Source: the human T2T-CHM13v2.0 reference genome, Homo sapiens. Taken from it: DNA of 64,000 nucleotides. The stretch lies in NCBI RefSeq assembly GCF_009914755.1, contig NC_060934.1. One strand, 5' to 3'. The notes under the pieces are model-generated. The model was given only the letters and a program-made list of their open reading frames with translations, was not told the DNA's origin and searched no databases. The stretch's first letter is position 1. Each line of letters opens with the position of its first letter. Below are positions 26,751 through 42,130 of the stretch, one piece after another. A program made the translations under genes and the position numbers.

Positions 26751-27664
26751 AACCTGAATTAATTTTTATAGTTGAAATAAAACTGTCTTTTCTTGCAGAC
26801 TGCATGAAAACCTATGAAAAGGTATTCAAAGTACAGGAAGCAGGCCTCCCACAGGCCATTTAGCAGAAGTTAAGACTATTTCTACACTACTGTGATTCTT
26901 TTTGGAAGTTTAAAAGCTTCAGATTGAAAACTAAAAAAGAGAGGAAAAGCGCCTGTCATTGAGACCTACCCACCATGGTGTCCTTTGAGACTAAAGATTA
27001 AATTATTAGTAAAGTCACCATGAGTTTCTGCCCAAATGCAAATGCACTGACCTTCCAGAGAAATGAAAAATCTAACACAACTTCTGAGGAGATCTCCCAG
27101 AACCTGAAAGCAGTTTAGTCCAGGTCAATGCAGCAGGGGATCGGTGAGAAGGAGCGCGTGCATAAAATCACATTAAAGGTAAGTCATGACAAGGGTCATT
27201 TAAGTGACACGTGACTGCAATGCTGCATTCGAATTAGGTTAGTTCTGAGATTCACACAAATTGGGCCAGCTACCCTGAGCTCACAATTCCCGCAGCGGCC
27301 ATGTCAAGGCTACCCTGCTTTTGGTGTGCGGCAGTGGGATCTTTCCCCAAATCCAGATGTGGAAGCTGCCATTCCCTCCCGTGACCCTCTCCCTGGCCAC
27401 AGTGAATGGTCTAGAGCTGGAGAGGTGACATTCCGATGGAATCTCTTCCTGGGACTTCAGGATGTGAGCTGGGGGTACAAGAGCCCTTTCCACCATGGTT
27501 GAGAATCCCTGAGCTGCAGCCTTATGCTTTTCATGCAGAGTGAGTTCGTGAGTGTGAATGACACACACAGATAAGCAGACAGAGCTGACGGGATGCTAAT
27601 GACATCTAAGGCCCTGTCCCCTCCAGCGGCTTGGCTATGTGAGCCTCTTTTCTGCTTCAGCTGA

Positions 27665-28095
27665 TGTTACTGGTTGACTTGTGTCCCCCAAAAAGATATG
27701 TTCAAGCCCTAACTCCCAATACCTCAGCGTGTGACCTTATTTGGAAATAGGGTTGTTGCAGATGTTAATTAGTTGGAATGAGCTCATACTGGAATAGGTT
27801 GGGCTGTTAATCCACTATGACTGATGTCCTTATAAGAACAGAAGAGGGAGGGAGACAGACAAGGAGAACTCTAAGCAAAAACAGAGGCAGAGGTTGGTGT
27901 TTTGTTGCCATAAGCAAGGAAGCTGGAAGAGGCCAGAAGCTGGAAGAGGCCAGGGTAAATCTTCCTCTACCGGCTCAGAGAGGACATGGCTCTACCCACA
28001 CCTTGATTTCACCAGCCTCCAGAGCTGTTGGAAATTAAATTTGTCTTTTTTAAAACATCCAAGTAGTGGTGCTTTGTTATGCTGGCTCCAAAATA
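27665..28095 (+). mobile_element. MLT1 (MaLR) LTR
   Basis: TGTGTCCCCCAAAAAGATATGTT..GTGACCTTATTTGGAAATAGGG..TGCAGATG. Confidence 0.8.
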
Positions 28096-28136
28096 CAGCT
28101 GGTTTGAGGTGAGTTTCTGTCCCTTGCGACCAAAGC

Positions 28137-28695
<559 letters not shown>

Positions 28696-29214
28696 TCACA
28701 AACCCAGCCACAATTCTTTATTTTTGCATTAATATAACTTTCTCCTGAGAAATAAAACAAATAGATGGTGTTGGTTTTGTGAGCTTCACACTGGATTCAG
28801 TCAACCTTGGAAACTCTTTGAAACAATAATTAATGCCAGTTAATCACAGGGAAAGGCTGCCATTCAGCTAAAACTCTCAGGGCTTACAAAAGCACATTTT
28901 TCTTCCTCTGTTTCCTTTCAGTTAGACTATCAGATATGCAAACACTCTTCTCATTAGCCTCTTATTTTGCTGAATTCAGTAAGAAATTTCCTAGAAGACT
29001 TGCAGTTCTGGCTGGTGCTTTTCTGGGACCTGCGATTAACTAATAGTAGATGCCATTCCTTGGGACTCCGTTTTTTTTTGTTGTTGCTTTTTATCCTCAA
29101 AGAGCAGGGCTGTTGATTACGACAAGAACAAGGCTTTTGCCCCTTTCCTCACCTCCAGGAGGAAAAACCTGAGAGGGAAGAGCAAGCACTCCGATTTTTA
29201 GATGGGAGGGCATG

Positions 29215-29655
29215 GGCTGAGTTGAACTGTGGTCCCCCAAAGATATGTCCAACCTGCTTTGCAGATGTAATTAAGGTAAGGGTGTTGAGAGAAGGCCATC
29301 CTGGATTCAGGTGGGCCCTGAATCCAATGACAAGTCTTTACAAAATACAGGACAGGACGGGACCAGACAAGACAAGGAAACTGACCAAGAGGGCAAGCTG
29401 GACCCACATGAAGATGAAGGCAGAGACTGGAGCGATGCAGCTCCAAGCCACGCAGCACCAAGGATGCTGCAGCACTGGAAGCCAGGGGACAGGATGAAGC
29501 AGACCCTCCAGCAGAGCCCCCAGAAGAACCCCCACTCCACACCGACAACACTTTGATTTCAAACTTCAGGCCTCCAGAAATGTGACAGAATACGTTTCTG
29601 TCATGTTTGAGCTGCCAAGTTTGTGGTGATCTATGATATCCTTAGGAACGAATTC
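29215..29655 (+). mobile_element. MLT1 LTR
   Basis: TTTGCAGATGTAATTAAG..GGTGGGCCCTGAATCCAATGACAAGT..GCCTCCAGAAATGTGA. Confidence 0.8.
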
Positions 29656-30385
29656 AAGGCATCAACGACAGCGCATACTTTAAAGGGCGGGGAGGGGGGC
29701 CACAGTACAATGTGGGTCTGTACTTTTTTGCGATAAACTGTGTTCACAGCAGGACAAAAAACTTGGGATTTTTAGGATTTCACAGAAATTGCCTCATAAT
29801 CAACCACAATGTTGAAGCTAAAGTTTGTCTGAAACCTTCCTCGTCATGCAAATCTTTTATTAGCTCGTCACCTGTATGTGGTGCTGTGCTGGCAGAAAGT
29901 TAGGCTGAAACAAAACCCCCTTTGGAAACATAGTAACGCTGCACGGGCTGACATGGATCCCCGTGGATGTGCCCACCAGACACATGGGACCATGTGAGAC
30001 GAACAAGACATCATCTGTGTCTGCTGGTAGTTATTTACACACATACTTTTTTTTTTTGGTATTTGTCATGTTTTCTTAGTGTATGGTAAAGGATTTTACC
30101 ACTATGTGGTCATTAAAAAGAATGTCATCATCCTATAAGCATCAACACTGAGTTACTGCCAAGTGAAGGAAATTGTAGAACAACATGCATAAAACGGTCC
30201 TATTTGTATAAAAGAATACATGCCCTCCCACAGGTATCTATGTGCAAGAAACAGGAGCAAAGCAAGATACAGAACTCTACATCCTATATGAAAAAATTTA
30301 CATGATCCAACCCCGTATTTGTAAGTATCTGCATGCCAGTGACACTATAGACCCAACTCTCAACAATAGCTACCTCTGGGAGTGG

Positions 30386-30910
30386 GTTTTTTTAAAGTAA
30401 TGTGAGCTTATTGTAAATAAATAACTGAATAAGTACACTTCTTTGTACTTCTCTGAACCACATGCAATGGGCCAGATAGTACATATTTTCAGCTTTGTGG
30501 ACTACGCTGTCTCTGTCTCAGCTACTCAAGGCTGGTATGGGCTAAAGCAGACCTAGAGACTATGTAAATGAACAGACGTGGTCCTGTGCCAATAAAGCTT
30601 AGGGAGTAAGTGGAGAATGTTTACTTTTTACCTGATACCAAGATTGGCAGCCCATAGGTGAAACCTGGCCCACTACCTGTTTTTTGTAAATAAAGCTTTA
30701 TTGGAACAGAACCATGTCTGTTCATTTACATAGTCTCTAGGTCTGCTTTAGCCCATACGTAGCTGAGACAGAGACAGCATAGTCCACAAGGCTGAAAATA
30801 TGTACTATCTGGCCCATTACATGTGATTCAGAGAAGTACAAACAAGTGTACTTACTCAGTTATTCATTTATTTATTTACGATGAGCTCACACTACTTAAA
30901 AAAAAAAAAC
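30386..30910. repeat. Inverted duplication, ~215-bp arms (30386-30600 and 30693-30910), 92-bp spacer; includes part of a MER58-like element
   Basis: Arms are near reverse complements, e.g. GGCTAAAGCAGACCTAGAGACTATGTAAATGAACAGAC is matched exactly. Confidence 0.95.
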
Positions 30911-32766
30911 TTTTAGAAGTTGTCTGCTCAGACAGTGGCAGGGGATGCCTGGACAATCATCAACAATCTTCCTAGAAGCAGGTGGGAACTTGGGAGTTTT
31001 TAGGATGAGACAAGAAAAGCTCCATAGGCATGGGAAAGGGAAGTTGTTTAAAAACAAAGTGAAATAAAGGTTTGAGCAAAAATCTTTTGAATATCTACTC
31101 AATCCCCACACACCCTGCCTCCCTGTAATGGCTTTAATATTCCAAAAGACTTTGAAAGATAGCTTTGGTTTGTACAGCAAGCAGAGAAGTAGTTCAAGAG
31201 GCAGCCTGGGGGAGGTGCAGAGGGGATAGAGAAGCACTGAGCTGCTCTGAGGTCTACTTTTGCCTTACTAACCAATGGGCTGTGTGTTCCTAGGAAAATC
31301 ACTCAGGTTTTCTGGGTCTCAGTGTCCTCAACTCTCAGAGGGTTAGACTAGATTAAATCTGTGGAACTTTCCTGCTAATGATATTTCTGGGAGTCCTAAG
31401 CAGGTATCACCTTGAACACAGAAAAGGAGGTAGAGAAGAGATCTTCCTGGTTGGTGCAAGGCCAGGTCCGGGAACCAGCCGGCCAGGTTGCAGCCTTTTT
31501 TCCCCGCCCAGCACATGTTGGGTGTGAGCGAGTGCAGATTAGGCAAGGCCCCAATTATCCCTCGGCTGGGAGAGGCAAGTGTGAACAATGAATCAGTCAG
31601 AAACTCCTTTCCAATATCCTCATCACACAGACAGTTAAATTGCAAACCACAAGACATATTTATTAATGAGTACATCCAAGGCCATCAGGCCATTTAAGAA
31701 GTTGTATTAAAAGGGCAAAAATCCCTCCAATCTTGCTCAGGGATGGTTAAAGGGTTCAGGGGTCCCTGCTCTTTGTGATGGATAGAGGAGCCAAATGACA
31801 CATCAGGGTTCGCCCACAGATCCCTCATACATGCCATGGTTGAGCACTTCTCACTGGTCCTACCCCCAGTGCTGAGGGCCTTTTGAGTTTTTGACATCCA
31901 TAAATAACCTGTGGGTACTACCTCCCTGCTTAGCTCACCACCAACCCAGGAAAAAAGGAACCAGCTGGGTTACCCCCAAACCTGGGTGAAACTGGATTAT
32001 GTGCCAAGGAAAGCTTTGACGGACCAGTCTGGCAAGGCTGCAGCCTCTGCCCTGTTGGAGCTGTCATCTGGAGTTGTCCTGTGCTGGAAAATTCAAGCTG
32101 TAAGACAACAAGGGACTCCATCCCTAGAGGCCAGCACAGGCTTCAGGCTCATGCCTGAAGACTCCCACTGCAGAGGGTACACCCTCAGCTGCTGAAGCCT
32201 CTGGGCAGGGCCATAGTAAACAGTCTCCACCTCAACTCTCTATAGACAGAAGTCTTAATCATTTTAGAATTGGCTCCATGGAGTCACAGCTCCAAGCCAG
32301 CTTACAGCATTACATTTATATGTCGACAAGGGCTTCTGATCTTGGCCTTCTGTTCTGCAGTGGAACATCCTGGGGCCAATCAACCTCACAAACACCGGTG
32401 TCAAGGCAGGTGATGAACAGCACTTGGTTATATTAAAAATGTAGAAGAACTCTGTCAGGTTTAAAATTCTTAGGCATTTTCCTAGTCTTTTCTGCTTGAA
32501 ATTGCTACCTACAGTTGTCATGGTGGTTTCCTTGGTGTAAGTTTCATATTCTAGGGGAAATCAGTGCCATCGTGGGAGCTAAAAAAAGGAGAACTCATTC
32601 CCAGGGCTGCCAATTGTAACCCTGGATTAAAGTGCCATGTGACTCAGCAGCTGCTTAACTTTTGACTAATAGATTTGTTTACATAAGAAGAATGAGAGGG
32701 TTTAAGCAATCAATGACGTCCTATCGGTTAAAAAAAGAAAAGAAAGAAAGAAAGAAAAATGACGTA

Positions 32767-33072
32767 GGCTGGGTGTGGTGCTTCATGCCTGTAATCCCAG
32801 CACTTCAGGAGGCCAAGGCAGGAGGACCACTTGAGGCCAGGAGTTAAGAGAGCAGCCTGGGCAACACAGTGAGACCCTGTCTCTAAAAAATAATAATAAA
32901 AAAAAATTAGCTGGGCATGATGGCATGCACCTGTAGTCCCGGGACTCAGGAGACTGAGGCAGGGAATCTCTGGAGCCCAGGAGTTTGAGGCTGCAGTAAG
33001 TTATGACTGTGCCACTGTGCTCCAGTCTGGACAACAGAGTGAGACCCTGTTTCTAAAAAAACAATAAAAATA
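32767..33072 (+). mobile_element. AluJ
   Basis: Alu dimer. Confidence 0.92.
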
Positions 33073-34946
33073 AGTGACTTAAGATACAGCAGCTAGTTAT
33101 CCTTAGAGATGTCACTGGATTATGAACTGATAGGCTCATGTTTATGTTTATAAATAGTATAAATAATATGTATAAGCTCAAATAATAGGGATGAGAAGGG
33201 AGGAGGTGAGGTCTTAGGTTTCATTCATTTGGCAAAAGCCTGTGATGAACCTGTGGGTCAGGCACTGGACACCTGATGAGGAGGAAAGAAAGGCTGTATA
33301 ATCTGCGCTACCAAGAAGAAATCTGTATTCAATTCCTGGCCCTGCAGTAATCATCTGTACGCCTTTCGGCAACTGCTCTGGGCCTCAGTTTACTTACTTG
33401 CAAAACAAAGATGAGAGTCATACTCAAGCCATAGAGTTGATGAAAGGACTTTGATGAAGTATGCTTATAAAGTGCTAAGGCAATAAGAACAAACAATAAT
33501 TACAACCATAACCACCTTTATTACACATTCCTGTCCTCAAGAGCTTAGTATGCAGAGCTTAGCAAACAGGTGACTGTAACTGGATAAGATGGTTAGTGTA
33601 ATGTACAAAGTGAGGTGGGTGTGGGGAGAAAATTCTCCAAGGCTACTGTCTTGGGGAGTCAAAGAGGAATCACAGGAGAGAAGCTCTTAGACTTAAAAGA
33701 GAGTAGAAATTTACTCGGTAGTCAACCCCCCTCCTTTCCCCGCTCCTTCTTTCCTTCCTTCCCTCTCCTTTTCCCTCCCATTCATCCATCCTTCTATCCA
33801 TCCACTCATCCTCTTATTGGGCACCAACCTTCTATCAGATGATGTTTTAGTTTCGGGGATATGATAGTCCCTGTCATAAGCATACATTCTTGCAATGAGT
33901 GACAGATACTAGACATGGATACAAGCAGATAAGAATTCCAGATAGTCGGGGAACAGTGCCATGAAGAACCTAAAACAGAACCAGGGGAGAGAAGATGGCC
34001 TAGGGGTTGGGCAGGTGGAAGCAACTTTAGCTAGGTGATTAGAGGATACCTCTCCAAGTCAAAAGAGGCAGGTTGAATAATGAGAAGGAAGCCAAGATCT
34101 GGAGGAAGAATGTGCCAGGCTCAGGGAGCAGTGAAAGCCCAGAGATGGACAGTGTCTGTGCTTGAGGGGCAGAAAGAAGGCTAGCAGGGCTGGAATGAAA
34201 GAGGAGGGAAGATGTAGGTAATCAGAAACTTAATCTCAGAGGGCTGCATAAGCCAGGAGAAGATATTTCAACAGATTTTCAAAATTCCAAGGTTTAAAGG
34301 CAAAACAAAAACCCAGTCGAACACATGTTTTCCTCATGCTTTAGAACTCTTTTCAAACCACAAAGGAAACCTGGCAATCCACCCCACCCCCCACTTATTC
34401 CCTAAACTTCGTTATATAAGGGCCAACATCTTCTTTCATCTGTTGCCAGACCAGATACATTTGGCATCCTAAACAAGTTGCCAAAACAAAGCAGAAAGCT
34501 CAGCTTAAACTCTGTTAGAGGATGTTCTAAACTTCACAAAACACAATTCTCTATGTTTTCAAGTATGTTTATTTGGACAAGGTATACGGATATGAGCACA
34601 GACATAAGGAACCAGCTGCACAGAACCAAGACAATCTAGTAAAAAATTACTATTCAGCAGTAAGGAAAGATAAAAGCAGTCTTAAGTGTAAACAAGTATT
34701 TTTGCTTCATCTAGTGTTTATGAGCAACAAATGGCCTCAGTGTGAACCAGCAATGCTGAGAAGGACACAAACACGTATTTGCTAAAAACATTCCAGGCTT
34801 GGCGAATAATAAAGCAGCAGGGTTTGTTTCCTCTTTGATGAAGGTCCCCTCCCGTCAAAGGCTGCACCTTAAGCCTCTGCAGCTTAAGGTACAAGAAAGG
34901 CTCACGCTTGCTCATTCCCAGGGCTCTGCTTAGAAGCATGTAGCTA

Positions 34947-35320
<374 letters not shown>

Positions 35321-37104
35321 TCACTACGGCATCTTTACATTCTGCACAGTCTGGAAACTTCCAATTTCAAGACATCTGCCCCATCTGCACCCCCCTTGCC
35401 CTGATAACCTGGTTCAGAGAACCAGGTAGGTTCTCTGGGCAGCACCACCTGACTCCCCACAGGACACATAGATCAACAAGGGCCGTTTTTTCACCTCTGA
35501 TCATAAGCTCTTTCAACTGGCGAGTTTTCTTAAAGAGGTGGTAAATACCTTGCCTTTGGGTCAGACCCTATGGTTAGTGTGCTCTTTATCTTATTGAAAC
35601 CATGAAGAAGCATTAACCTGTGGGGTTTATAATAAGAGCAGAAATTTAATTTCTGGGCCTTATGAAGGCCCAAATTCTACAACCCACAGACCCACTCTTC
35701 CTGCATCCTTCAAAGAGTTTTCTGGTAGCCCCTCAGACATTAAAACCTGCTTAGATGGTGACTGGATTTGTCCTCTTTAAAAAATTACAGAAATATGGAC
35801 ACAGGCTGCAGACATGTGGCTTGCTGACCAAGCTCCTGGGTGGTCTTTCCATAGAAATCATTGACATTCATTTGTCTGTTCATCAATGACTGAGCAAATA
35901 GTATGAGCAGGCACTGTGCTATATCCTGGGGGCAAATAGACCTAAAATGCTCACATTTGCTGCACTCAGGGATCTTTGGTCTACTGAATGGGGGGAGAGG
36001 GTGAATTTTAATTACGAAGAACTGTTACTTAGAGAGCACATGGTGTGTGTCACATTGGTACCTCCAGGTGGAGATAAATGCAAGATTTGCTTTGCAATCA
36101 AAAGCAGAAACCACAGCTCTCTGATAACATTATGGGCCAGTCCAGGTCTGTCACCAAGAATAGACTTCAATAAGTCAAGGTGTTTCCCTATCTGTTCAGC
36201 CAATGCTAAGCACCACTAAGCACTATGCAGTGGTACATCTCATCTGGTTTGGGTGGTGGTGGTAGCTCCTGGAAGTCACGGTGCTCAGTGCAATGTACTA
36301 TATTCTTGGAGAAACACCAAGAAAAAGCAGCACTCGCAGCTTCATGCATTTTGTAATCTGTAAACCTTTGAGAGCAAACAAGCAGTAGCATTAATGCTAA
36401 AGGTGTAAGAAAAATTTTAAACGGAAAAAATCCCAGCCATTGACTTCATCGTTATCTGTAAATTGGAAAAAAGCTGTGATTCTTCAATTGCACTCACAAA
36501 ACAAGGCCCAATTCCTAAAAAAATCAAAGCAGTTTGAGACCCACTGGTACAGACGGCGAAAAGAAAAAAGAAATGAAAGCATTCACTTGCAGATTCTAGA
36601 AGAAAAAAAAACTAACAGGCATGGCCAGATTTACTAAAAACCCACATTACAAACAAACAAACAACAACAACAACAAAAAAATCTATATTTACAGAAGGGA
36701 AAAGTATGGGTAACTATTTGCTTTATAAAATGGATCACTGTATAAGCTTCTTTTTAAAAAAAGACAAAATAGTATATCCCCAGAATGCACTTTAGAATTC
36801 AATTGAAAGAAGTTTGACTACTATACCAATCATAGCACTGTATAAAATAAGTCCCACAAGGGCACAGAAGGAAAAGGGGGCAGAAGAATGTATATCCGCA
36901 GCAAGTCCTTGAATCTGATACCCCATTCCCAAGATGTGATTTCAGACAAAACCCAAACAAAATAAAAACCAAATGGTCAGGCAAAAACACCTGTCCTGCC
37001 ACTGTTCCTTGGACCCCGCCAGGCCTCCCTGGGACTCCAGCCTCCTCTCATAGACCCTTCCCCCTCGTTGGCAGCAGTAGGCCCCAAGACAGGTTTCCCT
37101 CTAG

Positions 37105-37311
37105 CAGTGATTCCCAACCAGGGGCATTTTGCCCACAGGGAATATTTAACAGTGTCTGAAGATATCTCTGGTTCTCACAGCTGGGGAGGGAGTGCTACTG
37201 TCGCCTGGTGTGTAGAGATCAAGGATGCTACTAGACATCCCATAGACAGTCCCCTGCAACAAACTATAATCCCATCCAAAATGTCAATAATGCTGAGGTT
37301 GAGAAACCCTG
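37105..37311 (+). mobile_element. MER20 (hAT-Charlie)
   Basis: CAGTGATTCCCAACC...GGTTGAGAAACCCTG terminal inverted repeats and MER20-like body. Confidence 0.8.
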
Positions 37312-37735
37312 TTCTACAGGAGCCAAAATCATGACCATCCCTCCAGAAAGTCAGGTTACAAGAACTGAGTAGTTCACTTTCTGTCCTTTTAGGTGAGCTA
37401 TTGTTTAGTTGAAGAGAAAAATCTGCAGGCTTCTGTTGTCAGGATATAATATTCCCTGAGCTTACTGGATAAGCCACTGATGCGAGGATTAGACTCACTG
37501 ACACATGAAAATGCTTAGGCAACCGCCTCGAAAACATTGGTCAAAACATTCTAAGTGTTATAAGGGATGCTTGGCAAGGCCTCACGCTTAGTCTTAAAAA
37601 GCCTTCTCAAAAGTAATTTATACCAATGAGCCGTGGCAAATTCACCTATTCTATAAGTATGCAGTGACTCAACAAGCCTTTTGATCCATTTATAGAATGG
37701 CAACAATTATATTTTAATGAGTTATTTTCACTTAC

Positions 37736-37800
37736 TTGTCAGAACCTGTTTTGGTAATCTAAATAACTTCACATCCTCTTAACATTCCTTATGAGGCTGT
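37736..37800 (-). other. Candidate 65-nt cassette exon
   Basis: Acceptor CCTGTTTTTCTCTCAG|ACAG and donor CAA|GTAAGT; splice signals only. Confidence 0.35.
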
Positions 37801-38737
37801 CTGAGAGAAAAACAGGCTCAGTTTTCTTTTAAGTCTCCAATCTCAGCTAAGTGACAAATGAAGCTGCTATAGCGACCACACTCCTGCTGGCTTATGGCCA
37901 AACTCACGTTTTCTTTTTTTCTTTTCCAACATCATAAATCTATTTTTTTCACAGATGAAATAACTTTCTGGTCCCATTTCTTCTTTCATGCTAGTATAGC
38001 ACATTTTAAAACACTTTCCCCCCAAAAAAAGTCTTTACAGTATGATTCGATTAATAACTGGGTTTTTAGGAAAACTATTTTCAATATAAAGGCCAGAATC
38101 TCTAGATTTCTTTTACTGCATTTCAAAGGTGGAAAGAGAGGCAATTGTCAAGCTCTTTCAACCTAGAGCCGCAATAAAACATGAATAACATCTAAACATT
38201 TTGTTTCCTTATTTTCATTTATTGGGTATTTCTTAAAGAAAAAAAAATCTCATAATTTACAGTAATAGCTAAATCTACTCATTCCCACGTGCCACTTCCA
38301 CCACCAAATCCCCCAAACAGGACTCAAATGTAAATTTCACAGAGCTCTACAAACCACAGACAAAACAAAACAACCCCAAAGTCTGAAAACCACAGTCTCC
38401 TTTCAATCTTGCGGGTAGCAGCCTAAAAAAACATAAGCCTTGTTTAAAAGGTCAACGCACTACACTTCTCAGTGAAATAAATAACCAGCCTTTCCTGCCC
38501 TTCAGTCTAGTTCTGTATCGATGAACAAAAGCTCCTGTCGTTTCTTTTGTATCATCAGGAAAACAAAAAGTTTACATAAATGTATGTCAGGGCAATAAAA
38601 GTGACTTCTGTCGCCAGCATCCAGCCACCACATTTGGAGGATCCGAGCGGCCTCCGACCTCACGAAGGAAGCCAGAAATCTCACATCTGCCACGCAAAGC
38701 AAAGGACATAGGTCACCTTGTGCAATGTCCGCTTTAC

Positions 38738-39020
38738 CTCAGGCCAGGGTTCCTTTTCTTCTAATTCTGTTCCTTGGCTGTGCTGAGCAGAGAACTCCTC
38801 CAGGCTTCAAGTTCAGAACACGGCCAAGAGGCTTTGTAGATGCCAGACCTCAGCCCGACAGACTGAGGCTCCCACCTGCCTGGGTTACATATCAGGCTTC
38901 TCTCCGAAGCTCGGCTAAGGCAACGTGCATCCCTCTAGAGACGCACTCCGGAAACCAGCCCCGTGTGCGGCGGGCAGGCACGCTCTCTCACGCCTCCTCT
39001 CCTCGCTTTACTTACTAGTT
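38738..39020 (-). promoter_or_regulatory. ABLIM1: Candidate internal promoter / non-coding alternative first exon for a short LIM-less ABLIM1 isoform
   Basis: Local CpG/GC enrichment in repeat-free sequence (38900-39010), CCGGAA at 38948, donor GAG|GTAAAG at 38738/38737; short ABLIM1 isoforms lacking LIM domains are known; the 5' boundary is a guess. Confidence 0.6.
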
Positions 39021-39737
39021 CAACACACCAGCAACCACAATGGGCCAGTCCATGTTCCCAAAAAAGGAGGGGGAGTAGATTTACTTTCTTTCTTTTTTTA
39101 AATGCAGGTAGGAAAGTACCATTTCTTTGCATTCACTCACTATTGTCTGCATGTGAAACCGACAGTGATTGTCCCTGAGGCATAAGCTTGTACTGAAACG
39201 AGATTCTTAGGCTTTTTGAGTTTCTTTCTCGGATTTGAGATGATGGAAAGGTGCCTAGCTGAGCACAGCCATCACACAGCCTGCAGCCTCCTCGCAAGTC
39301 CCTGCTTTTGAGGTACATGTAAGGAACCCCTTATGCAAAAGTATAACAAAACTGAGTTCAACTTTTTATTCCCTTTTGTTACTTCAGAATTTCCATATTA
39401 TTCTGCAGTACTGTCTGAGACAAATATGATTGGAAAACCTCTTATCAAGCTTTCTTGATTCATATTTTTGGTACATTTTGTATTGTGTGTTTTTAATTGT
39501 AGCAGAAAATTACTGGCTAGCTACTGGCTATGTTGCAGGCATTTTATACACACAGCCTCATTTTCAACGAAACCATCCCTGCAGAAATCTCAGGTGAGCC
39601 AGTGACTGAGGGGAAGCTGCAGGCTCTCTATGCATGTGAACAGAGAGGAGGAACTGGAAGTTTCTCCAGTGATGGCACAGCCCTTTTAATGTACTCTTTC
39701 TTAGGATGATGGAAAGATTTCTGTAACAACTCTTGTC

Positions 39738-40376
<639 letters not shown>

Positions 40377-40654
40377 TGATTTTCGAAATTTTTTAGGGAG
40401 ATTATTTGCCCACAAAGATCAGGAAATGAAAAGACCCTTTTATATAGACATGTGGAATCTCTCTAAGCTGGTTTGGAAGAAGTCCCAAGCAGTGCTGAGA
40501 AAATGTAAGGTTTTAGCAACAAAGCCGTGCTTCTAAAATGAAGAGGAGACTATTGGCTTATACATCATAATAATGACAGGGGTCTCACTAAATTTCTAGT
40601 GCATTTTTCTTCTGAGGAGTCAGAAACCTCCATCAATGTGTCCTCACCACACCC

Positions 40655-40980
40655 TTATAGGGCCAGATCCTCAAAGTGGCATCTGTGGACTTCCCTGTAC
40701 CAGAATCACCCAGGGCAGGGCTGCATGTTCACATGCAGATTCCCAGGCCTCCTGAATCAGAATGTCTGGGGTGAGGCCTGAGAATCCATACTTCATTATT
40801 TTTTAAAAGCATGAATAACTTCATTTTTATTGTGGTAAGAACACAACATGAGATGTACTGTCTTCAATTTTTAAGTGCACAATACAGTATTGTTAATGAT
40901 AGGCACCATGTTGTGCTGGGAATCCACACTTCAAACAAGATATGCAGGTGATTGTTAGGCATAGTGGTTTTAGAACCTCA
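40655..40980. mobile_element. MER5-like element interrupted by a short L1MA-like 3' end (40796-40919, minus)
   Basis: 14-bp TSD GAATCCA(T/C)ACTTCA at 40782-40795 and 40920-40933. Confidence 0.72.
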
Positions 40981-41165
40981 GCCTTAGATGGTAAGACCAT
41001 TTGGGGTTAAGGATGGTACCTTTTACCTCTGTAACCCCTGCACCTCACCTCATGTTTAAGATATTAGCATGCAATGTCTGTCAGAGGAGTGAAGGTGTCC
41101 CCCTTTACAAAGGTAAAATGGGACACTTACCCAGGCTTCTAGTCACATGGCAAGAAGTAACTTGA

Positions 41166-41533
<368 letters not shown>

Positions 41534-41696
41534 TGATCAGTTTCTCTTTTTGGATTTTATTTATTTAAGCATCTCTATGTCTTCTGGGATGGGGTCAAAG
41601 AGGATGGGTCATCTTCAGATTTACTGAGCAAATTTCCAAATTCGTGAGTTTCCAGATGAAAAGAGTGAAGAACGCCGTGTGGAGTCAAGAGGTTCA

Positions 41697-42130
<434 letters not shown>

